Part shown: one piece after another, positions 22,457 to 35,558 of the stretch
How the letters are laid out: each line of letters starts with the position of its first letter
Position numbering within the stretch: the stretch's first letter is position 1
Source of the DNA: Moniliella sp. 'wahieum'
Lineage: Eukaryota
Assembly (NCBI GenBank): GCA_003971905.1
Contig: RSEE01000105.1
Location: 1 to 64,000, forward strand
Direction of reading: 5' to 3'
DNA: 64,000 nucleotides
Notes under the pieces: generated by a model
The model's database searches: none
Told to the model about the DNA's origin: nothing
Seen by the model: the letters and a program-made list of their open reading frames with translations, nothing else
Program-made: the position numbers and the translations under genes

Positions 22457-23628
22457 TCACGGGCCGGAGCCAAGAATCAGAGGCCCAACTGCATCGCCAG
22501 TAGTTTTATCCCCCGGGTTCCCATGTTGTTGGTGTTAGAGTCACCAGTCAAGAGAATGTAGATGGTACCACTGAGCGATGTCGTTTTCCGGGGAAGCCCT
22601 TTTCCCCTGCTCCGCCGATCCTGTTCCAGACTTGTCGTTGCCGCAGGGAAGAAATGTCGTGGCGCAGCCAGATCCCACGTTGATGAGGGCATTGTGATCT
22701 GCTGATCTCCAGTGAAAAAGACGCATGAGTGGGGGCCTTGTTGGAGCTCAAACTTGTCTGGTTGAATGGGTTCCGGGTGGTGTTGGTATCCATTTCAAGT
22801 TGAGCGGCTCGCCCGGGTGTACGAGCTGGGGGTCGGGGGTACTCAGGGACGGCTTCCTCGGGGCATATGGAGGTATGTTCGTGACAGTCAGACGAGGGTA
22901 CGTATTGTCAAACGGAACAGGGTTCCCGGTAGGACACGTCTCAATGTTGTCAATGGCAAGGCTCCAGTGGTACTCAGATAGTAGCAGTGCAGGCATCACC
23001 GGCAGGGTTGGGGAAACGACCAACGAATTGGTTCAGAATGCCTAGCATGCCTTGTGTACTGGCAGCGATCTGCGAAATGACGGAAGGATACGGATGAGCA
23101 TCGTCGTCACTGATGCCGCCCAGCAGACCCGAAACTCCTTCTGAATGATACCTGGGCGTACAGCAAGTAATCCGGGAGTTTGTCATTGTGTGCCCACTTG
23201 TAGGTGCAAGGCTGGGGACAACTGTTGGACGCCTGGAGCTTGTTGGCCAGCATGTCGCGGTGGTTGCTGGAGGTTTGCGCATCCATTTAAGCTGCGCCTT
23301 ATCATCGCAGTCAGGCCCGCTTCCAGAAAGTCTTTGTCGTCGAACGTTTCCAGCCCGTACTGGAAGAGTGCGACCTGTGTCCCCAACCGGTAGCCAATAG
23401 TTAGCTCAATCGTTAACAGCACTCTACTGGTGAAGAGAGAAAAGAGACATATGGATATCGCCTGCCGGTAACGGCCATTTGGAGACTCGTGGTTTGCGTG
23501 TCGCTGAGGTACCGCCCATGGTCCTTGGCGACGACGTTGCGCGGCCCCGGATAGTGTACAGGGGTCAGCGAGGCGAGCACTGCCGGAAGGGCGCCAGAAG
23601 AAGCGCCCAAGAAAGAGGGGAAGCGCAT
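22457..23628 (-). CDS. Secreted Rds1-like ferritin-fold protein (divergent)
   Basis: Hydrophobic N-terminus MRFPSFLGASSGALPAVLA, then ALFQYGLETFDDKDFLEAGLT, CTYKW, EGVSGLLG, ILNQFVGRFPNP, WSLAIDNIETCP, YPRLTVTNIP, SGTIYILLTG, GPLIL, matching the block order of fungal Rds1. Probable intron ~23390-23460. Confidence 0.68.
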
Positions 23629-26436
23629 GACGGGGCGCAGGCGAACGATGGAAACGAAGGTGGTGGAGAGATAGAGACGGTGGTGGAGAGCAGCAGAGAA
23701 GGTGGGGTGGTGTGGCGGGGATGGGGGGTGTGGTGGGCGGATGCAGTGACGACAGGTGCCTTTTAAATAGAAACAGCAAGGGCCTTGATTATTCAGGCGC
23801 AGAAGCGTTCGAGGATGCCAGCGCGTCCGATCATTGATCCTTCACAGGATACTCCACAAAGATGTGGGCACACTGGAACGGGAGGGCGCATAGGCAAAGA
23901 TGTGGGTGTGCTAGCCCACAAGGGCGCACATAGTTCCGAGTTACTATTGCTGGGGGCGAGCGAGCTTTTCCAAGATAGAGATTGTTCAGAATATGTCTGA
24001 TGCTAGGTCCACATCTAATACTTTAGGTAGTTGCAACCGCGCGGTGCCAGTGTCCTGTCTCTCCGGGATGGCGTGGCAATGCATGAGTACTGAGTAAGGA
24101 GGGACCTGCGTTGGCCCCAGCCCATCGAGTCAACCTGGGGCTGAGGCCTCAGCCTGAGGAGGCGCCAACTTGCGTCTCCATTTATATGAATACTAACGCA
24201 GCGCACCGGATATATTGAGTGGCGCACGTGGTTACTGCGCTTGCCCAATACTTTATTCGCACATCAGGCCTGAGGAACGCTATTAAGAATTAAAACTGTG
24301 GGATGAAACTGTGCCGCGCGCGGGCTGCAATGCTGCAATCAGGGTTCAGAGAATGCGGGCCAGGGAGCGACAGTGACCCGCGAGCGGGGGATGAATCGAT
24401 GAATCCTGTGAATACTCCAACCAACGGCTCCAAGCGAGAAAAGAGTCGAGGAGAGCGAAAACAGGAGCGTTTCCAGCTGCGCCCCACACACGTCCGGCAG
24501 AGGGTTCGCAGGGGGGCTGTGTCCAGGAAGGCTTCCGCTTACGATGTCACCGCGACTGCCCTAGTGCGGGATCCCATGCGGGTAGGGTTACATGTGCGCA
24601 CCTAAAAAAACGCCCACGCGTATTACGAGGAAGCTGTTTACCCTACAAGAAGGAATCCTGAAGCCATCAGGAATCGTATAGCGGCGCGCGAATAATGAAC
24701 ATGTGTCAGACCGTCTCTTTTGGACGGAGAAGGTTCAGAGATTGCCCAGCCTCACCGGTGAGAAGGGCCAAACTAGTTGTGCGGTGCGTGGATTGATATA
24801 CTTCTGTTAGCTTTTGAACGGTACATGACACTCTTCCACCACTTATCCCCACCCTACACTGCTTTAATTGGTTCCGAGCCGAGGTAAAATGGTGGAGGCA
24901 AAAAACCCCTTTGTTCTGCTCCTCTCCTCCCTCCTGGCCAGAAGGTGGTGGGAGTAACTAGTAACTAGTATTGAGTACTAATTGTGCATTCCTATGTTGT
25001 AGTCATATCATTTACAGAGCTTTTTAAGATTGAAGAGACAAAGAAACGCTGCGCCAAAGACCGGGTAAACCGACTTCCGCATCAACCTCATCAACTCATC
25101 CCGCTGTGTTGCTTTTATTGTTGGTACCAAGCCCGTTTAGGAAACCATAGGGACTGTTAAGGGTTTCGTTCGATCTGAAAGGGTCTGATCCAAGCTAAGG
25201 ACCTCCTGCTCTGCATATGCCCAGTAGAGCGCGCTCCGAAGTCCATACACGTTTGATGATGGTTGGTTAAACTATGTACGATGGCCGAGTGGCCACATAT
25301 CCGCGCGACAATAGTCGCTCTCCACTCAAGTCGAAGTTAGTTGGCCTAAACAAGGCCACCATGTTTCCGGTATCTTTGCGACGACTGTCAACATGTCACC
25401 CCGTCGTCACTTACTTTGCCTTACTCCATTGCCCTGCGGCAACCAAACCCTCTTTTGACACGTCTTCCTTTCTACCCCCCTATAGGACCTCCAAGGGATT
25501 GTAACCATTAATCCCCCCCGGGGCCCGCCCGTGACATTATTACAGGTGACGTGAGGACCCATGGCGATGAAGTGAATTCCATGCTCGATTGGATATTGAT
25601 GGATGTGATCGATGATCCAGGATTGCTGAACGCTATGGGCAGCACGAGAGATGAGCTTCGAGGCGTGCCAGAAGACAGGGCAGCCACTAGTCAGCCACAA
25701 GTCCTTCAAGCAGCTGAAGGGAAGAAGACAAGAGCCAAAAAAATTAAGCAAGTCGGAACAACAAACAAAGGGGTGGCGCAGCCCGCGCAAGGGGCGAATC
25801 AGCCGAACCAGCGAGCGTCACCGATCCATTGGAGAGAGCAGGTGAACCCTTTCACTACCCTCTAGCAAGGATCAGCACGATCGACATGATCCCTATCTCC
25901 TTTTTTCCCCGTCCCGCGTCCTGCTCGCCCTTTTCATTTGCCCATCTCAAACCCAGCCCGGGCCCCACATTCGGGCCGTAGGCGGCAGGCGGCAGGCGCC
26001 ACACGGGGGTCACGTGATGCCGTTCGTCCAGTCATCGATATCAGACCGCGTGATGGTGTGCCCACCACCACTGTTTCACCGGTCTCCCCATCCCTCCTCC
26101 TCCTCCCCTCCTCCTCCCTCCCCCCCTATCTACCTACCAGTACGCTCGGAACCGCTACTGCAATCCAAGGAGCAATCCAAGAAGAAATCCAAGTAGCACA
26201 TGCAATCCCAAGTATGGTGGTTTCGGGCAGCTGGCCGCGTTGCGCCGCCCCGCCCCCAGCTTGACAGACGCTGAGCGCGAGCTTGAGTGCGAGCTTGAGC
26301 CCGAGCCCGATCCTGAGCACGGAATGGAGCTGGCGCCCAAACGCAGAGCCCGAGCCCAAAGCGCAATGGGTTTGCTGCGGGGGAAGGGGGGGGGGGGGGC
26401 GTTGTGGGCCACTTACTCTTCCTGCCTGGGTACCGA

Positions 26437-28669
26437 TTAGTCTACCCTTTTGATCGGGTGCAACAGGGCTGGTTGGCGACAGAGGCAGGGTTGTCGCGCC
26501 AGACCTTGTAGATTTCCTTGGCATGAAGCGCATTGTAATAGTAACTGCTTTGGAACTGAACTTTTTCCCCCGCCAGCACGCGAGTAAAACAATTTCTTGT
26601 TGATCGTCTGTTCCAGCGTGTGCGGTCGCCAGAGGTAGTGGAAGTAGATTGGGTGCGGGGCCGCAACGCCCTTGAAGGGCAAGGCGAGCGTATGGTGAAC
26701 CCGGCCTCGGGTAAAACGAAGTAAATTTGCTCATGGGCAATTGAGAGTGGAGAACCAAGGTAGGTGGGTACGCTTCGCAGTGCAACGATTTTTTCGCTTC
26801 GGCATTCACCACGTTCATCGCCTTGAGTAGCTCGCGCGAAAGACGTACATTCGTCCCGATCGACGCGCGACGCGGCGTCCGCGCTCCCAGCGGATAATTC
26901 GCCACGTCGTACTCCCAAAACCAGCCTGATCCCGCCGGATCAAACAGCGGAGCGAGCGTGATCAGGTCGGCTTCCGCCCCGGCTCCAGGCACCCAGTCGG
27001 GATGCGCTTCTTCTGCGGCCCATTCTCCGCCGCCGGGCGGTAAGTGCTCAGGTCGAGGCGCTTGTTGTTGGTGCGGGGTGCGCAGGTGCGGATCCCATCG
27101 TTGTTCCGATGCCGGCTCCCCGCGCACGTACCATGTCTTGTACTTGTCCATCCCCACGTCCAACGGTTCGTGCCGAGCAAACTCTTCGATGCCTTGGAAA
27201 AACGTGTGGTAATTGTCGAGCGAGCGCACGTCCAGTTCCCAGTTCCACACAAAGTCGTACTCCATGTGACGGAGGTAGAATTTTTGCACCGGCATAAAGC
27301 AGCTGCGGTAAGACGTTTGCGCATCCATCTTGTCCAGGTACTGTCCGCCCAGACCTGGGTACAGCGTTCGCATCTCGTTTTCGCTCCAAAACTCAACCAG
27401 CGACCAAAACTCAATCGGTACCTCTTTCCGCAACAGCTCCAACCGGTCCGCCTCTGATGTGAATACCGCTGCCGTCGCATTCTTCACCTCGACCAAGATC
27501 CGCACATCTTTCCGCACACACACGTTCCTCGACGCGTGCGGTGTCCAGTACCCGACCCCACGCAAGGGGGAATGGCCACAGTTCAAGCCCCCTTCCACAA
27601 GCAGCGCACGCACATTCAACACATCGTCTTCCCGCCACGCAAACCCTTCGTACGCACGGAGCACAATCGCATCCCGCTCGTCCGCCCTACGCACCGAGGG
27701 ACGAGCACCCGCCTCCGCAGCTGGAGGCGCAGGTGCACACGTCGGTACGCCGTCGCAGTGCGGTTGTAACATTCGTCCAGTACCGAACGCCAATGTGGGT
27801 AGGACGATGGACCCAGTACTTCCGCCCGCCGGTTTTGGCGGTACAAACGTCGACGTAAAATGGCTTCCCATTGCCGGTTACCCGGATCTTTGCGCGAATC
27901 CGTACCCATCGTAGGGGGGCGGTGAAGCCCACGCAAGGCATCGTACCCAAACTCTTCTTCTTCCCGCGCATCTTCCTCGTCCCACACGCGTACAAGCGAC
28001 TGTAGACGCGCTACCTGGTCCTGTGTCTGCGCCTGATTCTGCTTCGCACGCACGTGCCCCGTGCTGGGCGGCCAGGCGATGTGGGTAGCACCCCGCTCCG
28101 ATACGGGCAGGCGGTACACAGCACCCACATTGGGATTGGTGTAGATGCCAAAGCGGGCTTGGTACGTGGTGCACTGCTCAGCGCGTTGGCCTAGCAACCG
28201 ATGGTCCCCGATCGCCGGACTGGGGTGCGAGGCAGGCGTGTCGTACGTGGCGGTGGGGCGTAGGCGAACGGCACGCCCAAGGGACCGGGGCAAGATGCGC
28301 TCCACGCGTCAGGTGCGGCCGAGGAGAAGTTAGCCCCAGACACAGGCACATGCACAGACAGGTGGGATGGAGGGTAGGGCAGAGGTAGGATCGACGCGCG
28401 GTAGGTGAGGACGCCAGGCAGTAAAGGTCTCGCCCTTGTAGGTCTTGATGGTGAGGACGATGGTGAGGGTGAGGAGGAGGGCGGCCCACCAGAAGCGGAG
28501 GAGGGCGAGGAGGGCGAGGCGGAGGACGAGCGGGAGGCGGTGGGGGCGGCGAGGTTGTGGAGGCCGGCGGCGCGGGCGGGCGGGAGGCGAGGAGGGGTGT
28601 GTGCTTGGGGGGGTGGTGGGGTTGTGGGGGGGCGCGGGGCGGCGGGGCGAAGGCGGCGGAGGGGCGCAT
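26437..28669 (-). CDS. DUF3405-domain protein with N-terminal TM anchor
   Basis: AIVLRAYEGF..DDVLNVRALLVE, YDFVWNWELDVR, EADLITLAPLFDP, PRRASIGTNVRLSRELL, terminal LLHPIK; TM segment LLRFWWAALLLTLTIVLTI. Confidence 0.85.
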
Positions 28670-29005
28670 GGCGGAGGTGGGCGAGTGGGGGATGGGAGCC
28701 CCGGGCGCGTGGGGGAAAGAGCGAAGAACAGAGCGAAGAGCAGCCACCACTCTGAGTACTCAGTCCACCCACTTGTGCTTAATCGTAGTAACCCCCCAGC
28801 GCGCGAGCCACACAGTAGGGTTGCCGCCACGCTGCGTTGTTTCAATTTCAATTCCACCTGCCCCCCGCCTGAAACTTGCAGGGGGAGGGCTTAAACGACA
28901 CCTGCCCCCACACTGCTCCTGTGCCTCCTACGCGCCTACCTCCCTCCATCCATACTCTCTCTCTCTCTCGCCCCCCCATAACCCCCCTCCTCCTCCTCCT
29001 AAGCC

Positions 29006-32000
29006 ATGCGCCCCCCCGTCCCCACCCATCCCACTGGGCGTCCTATGCGCAGCCCGCACACGTCGTCGGACTCGCCGCCGACACTCTGCTCCCCACCCCG
29101 CCTGGCAGCCGCCGCCCGGCTACCACTCTGTCCTGCCCCCACACCCGCCCCCGCCAGCACACCCCGCCCAGCGCGCGCCCCCGCATCCCCACCCCTCCAC
29201 ACCCCCGCCCAAGCGCCCGCGCGGCCGCCCCCCCAAACAGCGCCCGCCCACGCTCGCCCCGCAACAGCCCACCCCCGCCGCCCAAGCGGCCACCCGTCAG
29301 CCAACCCCCGCCCCGCCTGCCCTAACCACAGCCCGTGGCCGACGGCCAGCAGCAAACAAACGACCCCGCGCCTCTCCTCCTCCCACACAACAGCCGTCCC
29401 AACCCATCCCTCCCGCCCTGATTCCAACCAGTCTTCTCTCCTTTCCTGGCCCCAGCACACCCACCAGACAGTCCCACCATATAGCGAGTACGTGCCATGC
29501 AATGACTATATGCACCTTTTCCTATTCTCTCTTCGCTTCTGCTTGCGGCATTATATGCCGCATGTTTTGATGTTTAGCAATGGTATTTGGGGGTTTGATT
29601 TGGGGCGTGTGCTGACCTTCTTCCCCGCGCCTACTAGACCGTACGCCGCGCATTGTTATTGCTTTGACAGCCACCCGCCGATAGGTGTTGATGCGCTTGT
29701 TTGCCACAACCCTCCCACCAGCACGCGCCTCCCCGCCGTCGACTTCCCCCGACGAAGAGCCCACCATGCTGGCCATCCCCTCACCACCCCACTTCCCCCC
29801 CGCATTGGCGCTCCGCATCATCCACTCGCTCCAGGATTTGGTCGGCCCCGGCCCTGCGCCCCACCCTCCTCTCTCCTCCCCACCCGGCATCCTCGTCCGC
29901 ACGCCCTCTGCCCCCAGCCTCCATTACCCAGGTGGCAGCGTGGACCCAGGCTGTATACGCGCGCTTTCAGCACCGCTTTTTTGAAACAGAACGCGTTCTC
30001 GTCCAAGTACCGGGTGGCCAACATTACGACGCATATATCGAGCGTGCTTTCCCCCGCGCGAGCTCGTGTGGGACCAACACCGCGCCTTCGATACTGCTTG
30101 TCGTTCTAGCCAGTCGGTCCGTCCTCGCTATCTTGTCTTCCTACTTCTCTTAGTCTACCTACCCTCAAGTTTGTTCAAGCCATCGTAGCTTTGTCTTCCT
30201 CCCGGGCAGCTCCGTACGCCCAATCCCTCCTCCAATTGTCCCCACTTACGCATGGAACGAGCGCGGCGCAGGCACTCACGTATCGGAAGCCGCGGACGAT
30301 GTGGTTCATGTGGTAGGAACTTTCCTAGCCTTGGATGCAGTCGTGGCAGAGAAGCTCGACCCGGTCAACGAGTACCTCTATACCGTCCACTTGGTCCCAC
30401 CGCCACCATCGTCTCACCCGTCTCAGCCACCACTACCCCCCATCTCATGCCCACGGTGCTTACACCCAAGCCACCCCCAATCCCGTCTCAGTACATGCTG
30501 GTTCGCGCGACCCAATTGCGCAGGCATCCTACCACTTCCTGGTCCCTCGCTTCGCTGCAGACGTTCCCTCCAGAACTTGGTCACAGTCCCTGGGGGGAAC
30601 GGAACGCACCACCACCACCTCTCCTCCCTCCGCTTGTCGTACCACAAGACACTATGCGCGCAGGACATTGCGCTCCCTATTGGGTTCCTTGGCCTGCGCT
30701 TCGGACGGACCCGCCCTTGGCCCCTTTCCTACGGTGATACCGGGGCTGCGGGACCAGGGTTACTGGGTCAGTGTGCGCCCTGCTGCTTCTCGTATCTCTC
30801 GCTCGGTCTCGGTACGGGGACAGGGCCAGGTCGCTCGGTCAGACCCGCAGGCGAACAGCAGGAGGGCGAACAGGAGGAAGAGGAAGAGGAAGATAGGGGG
30901 AAGAGGAAGAGGAGGAAGGCCCCCATTCAAACGAGCTCGAACAGACGGGCCGACATCCATGTCGTTCCTACTCCAGCGGCCATCGCAACAACAAAGTCCA
31001 CAAGATCCAGACCTAGCTACGAATGAGCCGAGCTCTGACCGCGCCTCGGTCGTTACCACTCCTACTACTCCCCGCGGCGCTCCGTTCCCCCTCTCTTCTC
31101 TTTCTTCCCCTGTGAGCCCGGACGGACCTCTTCCCCCCTCCACGGGCGACGTGGCCTACCGCTCGACCAGCTGAGAACCCAGCGCTGGATGACTTGATCC
31201 CGCGCCCCCCCGCCGCCCCTCGAGCAACGGGACGAAGCGGAGGGCAAGCAGCCCAGCACTATGATTCGTGGGCTGTGCAAGAGAACGTGCGCAGAATGGA
31301 ACGGCGCATACCGTTGGCCAAGGATACCCACGTTCCCCCCGGGAAGATTTGGATGTGCTGGATACCCCTTCGGATGTGTCCTCTGATTCTGAGCCCACCA
31401 GCACCAGTAACCGCACGAGCGATCGCACGAGCAGGCTCACGACCAAGAACAAGAATGACAGGATGACCTCTAGAGTGACCGACCAACGCATCGCCACGCA
31501 ACCCGCACCACGTTTGCTTCCGTCGCCTCGTCGTACCACCCGGCCTTGGCCTCGCCTTTGGTCCCTCCCGCCGCCTCCCCCTGCACCTGCAGCTGCCGTT
31601 GAAGATACCGGGACTCTCATGCTCTGCCACCCGAACGAGCTTGAGGACGTACGGTTTGCCTCGCCTCGGACGCATACCCAACCTGGCATCCAAGGTCGCG
31701 GGCACGATGCGATGCCACTGCCTGATGACTCGGCGGTGGCGGGGCCTGAGGTGGGTGCCGTTTCCGCAGGGGAAAGAGCAAGAGGAGCAAGAAGGGATGA
31801 CGCCCTCGTCGAGGAAAATAGACGGTTCTGCTGTGGTGGTGAGCCCCCACCCCGTCGAGCGGAACCCTCCTCCTCCTCCCCACCGACGCACCCCAACCAA
31901 ATGCCCTCCCTCCCACCACGACCAAGAGGGGTACGATCGGTACTTGACCCAGCTGACTCCATCGGAATTCCAAGCTCGTATTCATCTCTGGCACCGTCTG

Positions 32001-33750
32001 CATGCGTGCGCGCCTCTTCACCACTTGGCCCGTTTACGCTCGATGACTTGCATGCCGCTCTGCAGGTAGGTGCAGGCGCGGCCACGCGGCAGAGTGGCGG
32101 CGGTACGCATGCGGGCATGTATGTACATGTGTCTGCCGGGCCGAAGGTAGGAGAGGGACCAGGGGACGAAGAACCGAAGTCAAACAAGGGGAAGAAGGGC
32201 AAGAGGAAGAAGGAAACGGATGTTCCTACTTTCCAAGGAGAGGGTCCTGCCTCTTTTGGCTCGCACCCTCAGATCCCCCAGCTTCTCGTCGAAGTTCATG
32301 CCGGATTGCTCAACTGTCTCATCCGCAATCGTCGTGGGCAGAGCCAACCAGCGGCCCAACCAGGGGGCCAACCAGGCGCCAAGCCAGCGTGCAAGCGGGT
32401 GGAAAAGTCGATGGTCAAACCGTTGGCCAATACGTCGGTGACTCCGCCCCCTTTGGCCTTGGGCAAGGAGCTTCCATCGAACCAGAGAGTCACCCGTGCC
32501 CAGAGTACCAAGGCCCCTGCAGATGCACAAGGAATAATCCAAATGGCCCAACTGACTGCCCAGGACGACCGGGGGGACGAGCTGGGCTTGGCAGAGGTGG
32601 GAAACAAGGAACGGGCGAAAGAAGAGGAAGAGGAGCGGGAGAGGGGAAAGGAAGATACGCATTCGTGCCTTTCTTCGTCTTCTTTGTCTTGCGAAGAGCA
32701 AGTGGAAACGGGAGAGACAACAGATACCTTGGCCTCCCTGTGGGATGAGGCCTACACGCTCTCCTTGTCCCTAGGTCGAGCGTGGACGCGTGCTTGCTCA
32801 CGTCCCAATCGGCCCAGTCGGAGTGGCTGCACGTCCTGCTCGCTTGTCTGGCCACCTACCGTCCCTCGTCCGACCCGCTCCCCGACTGAACCTGAACCCG
32901 AGCTGCACGCGGCCCCACACCCCAACCAGACCACCTCGCACAAAAATACGGATCAGCACACTGTGTGGCACCAAATCCTCTCGTCCTCACAAGAAAGGCC
33001 AAAGGTCACCCCGATCTTCTCAACCGTGAGGCCGTGCAGCTTGACTGTCTAGTTGACGAGTCATCTGTGCACGCCGTTCCGGATGATACTCCGCTCGCAC
33101 CTCCTAACGCCCACACCGACCCACCCGCACGTCACAACACCCACATCAACCCACCCGCCCACCCGGAGAGAAAGGGAAGGGGCAATATGTTGTTGGCATG
33201 GCCGAGTCATCCAAGGAAGCGATGCCCAACCTTACCCTTTCTCCCACCGTCTCTAGCCCCCAGGCTCAGAACCAGGATCCAGACAGGCTCAGGCTCAGTC
33301 TCAGGCTCAGGCTCAACCAGAGCCACCTGTGCCTCTTCCGTTTACAGCGCACGTTACCAGCGGTACCTTGCCCTCAGTGCCACGCAACGGGTTACCTGCT
33401 CACATGGCTCGTCGACCTCGTCCTTGCTACCCGCTCGGCCCGCCACTTTTTCGACCAATGTGCTGCCGCCTCACTGATGTGCTCCACGCCAAGGCACAGC
33501 TGGAGCGCCGCCGTGCTTGCCTGCAACGGTCCCGTGCCTGGCGTCGCGACGTAAATGGACAAGGAGGTAGCATGCAAACGCAAACGCAAACGCAAACGCA
33601 AACGCAGACGCAAATGCAGCGGAGTCTTGCGACCTAGCTCGGGCAACTGTGCCACGGCTACCACCAATACGCGAGGCGGTGAGGACTCGCCGCAGGGAGG
33701 CGGCCCCCACGGTCGTCTCCCCCGACAAGACAGGGCGGGTGGTACGGAGG

Positions 33751-33781
<31 letters not shown>

Positions 33782-35558
33782 AAGATGCCAACGGCCGTGT
33801 TGGAAGAGGAGAACGAGCTCGAGTTACCGGAGCAGCACCCCACCCGGTATGAAGAGGAAGACGAAGACGAAGACGAAGACGAAGACGAAGAGGAGGATGA
33901 GACAACGGAAGCGCGGGACGATGGCCGAGCGCACCCATCTGGCGACCGAATGGGCCGAGCTAGAGCGAGAAGAGACGCGACTGAGTTGGGCGGCTGGCGC
34001 TGGCGATGGCAGCAGACTGCCCCGTTGCCCACTCCCTTGGGATACGACCGGTTCCACAATGCGTATTGGTGGTTGATGGTGTAGCGGCCAATCCGGTCCG
34101 TACCTTGAGTGCGCAGGAAGGCGAAGGCGAAGACCACGACATGGTGATGGCGATGGCGAGGGGTCCAGCCAGTGGGCTGGGTGGGGCGTTTGTACGTGCA
34201 AGCTGCGTCGGTGGAGGCGGTGGCCAAGATGAAACGCTGGGCGACCATCCATCTCGGTGGGAAGAGGTGAGGATGCGGTGGCACAGTGAGCTGGCGCCCT
34301 TGGCACGCACCTGGCCAGGCCAATGGGCGGCGTACACCTCGCCCGACGAGCTGGATGCGTTGATGGCTTGGTTGCGGAGCACCGGCGTGCGGGAGCAGGG
34401 GCTCAAGTCCAAGCTGACACAGCTCAAGCCCTTGATTGCCGCATCAATGGTGCGCCGCGCATCCCTTCACGCAGGAAGCTACTGCCATGTGCTCCCCACG
34501 CAAGAGGAGAACCACGCCTCGAAAGAGGAGTTGAGTTGACGGTACTTTTGGCTACAACGAGACTCCATCCCACCGCACCTTCCTTTCCCTTCCTATTTTA
34601 CTTTTCCTTTCCCCTCCCCTCCTCCCTCTTTCCCTCTCCTTCTCTCTGCTCTCCCTCCCATCCCCCCTTCTCTCCCTCTGTTCGCATTCCAGCAACGCAA
34701 TATGATTGGCTGATTGAGTCGGCTGTCTCGTCTGGCTGCGCCCGGCTGAGCGGCACGGGGAACTTGAAATGTTCTATTTGCAGCGGCTGCAATGCTAAGC
34801 ACTGCGCCAGCGCCACCACCCGCACGGGGGCAGTGCCCACGCTGTCCCTCAGCGCCGCGCGCGCCTTCTCTGGCGGGGTGGTAACCTTCACCTTCACCTT
34901 CACCGTCACCTCCACCGTCAGCCTCCGTCACCACCACCACCCCTCCACCGCCACCGCCCGCCACCGCCCCCCCCCTCGCCCAGCGCCATCCCCTCGCCGC
35001 CGGTCGGCTTCGCCCCCTTGTCCAGACTCAGCCCTAGCCCCAGCCCCCCCCCATTCCGTCCGCACCGCCCGCTCGACCATGCGTCTGCGCCGTCCAACCT
35101 CACGGCTGCTGCTGCCACCCTCGCTGCCGCTGCCACCCTCGCCGTCGCCCAGGACACCGGCATCCCCTCCGACGCCAGTGCCGTGCCAGGCCTACATCAA
35201 CGTCTTCAACCACAACTCAGACTTTAGCCAGTGCACCGACCCGCTCCTCTCTGCCGTCACGCGTACACCAAGGCCACCAGCCAAAAGGGTGCCACTCCCA
35301 CCTCTGACGCCAACGCCCTCTCCACCGCCCTCGACGCCCTGTGCACCACCGGCGCCGGTTGCAGCCCGCAACAACCATGAAGGGCATCGTGCCAGCTTTG
35401 CCTCCGACTGCTTGCAGGACTTGGTGGCGCCTCGGGAAGATGTCGTGTCGCTGTACGACAAGCTTTACCTCATCACTCCTTTCCAGAACGCCCTCTGCGC
35501 TAAGGACGAACAACAACAACTACTGCGCAAGTGCGTTGCCCTTGCCCTACCCCTCTAA
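29006..35558 (+). CDS. Itc1/ACF1(BAZ1A)-like ISWI chromatin-remodelling subunit (DDT/WHIM domains)
   Basis: AT-hook PKRPRGRPPK; AVYARFQHRFFETERV (post-WAC block); DDT-like LLVEVHAGLLNCLI; WHIM2 LGYDRFHNAYWW; WHIM3 WAAYTSPDELDALMAWLRSTGVREQGLK; intron 29488-29637; many frameshifts. Confidence 0.8.
33573..33900. repeat. Coding microsatellite cluster (GCAAAC)n, (GAT)n, (GAAGAC)n inside the Itc1-like gene
   Basis: Visible runs at ~33573-33612, 33751-33781 and 33857-33890, giving low-complexity, largely acidic tracts. Confidence 0.9.

Noticed and set aside
25551..26200. Small plus-strand ORFs (MLDWILMDVIDDPGLL...)
   Set aside because: Short, no recognisable family; could be a gene fragment but unsupported.
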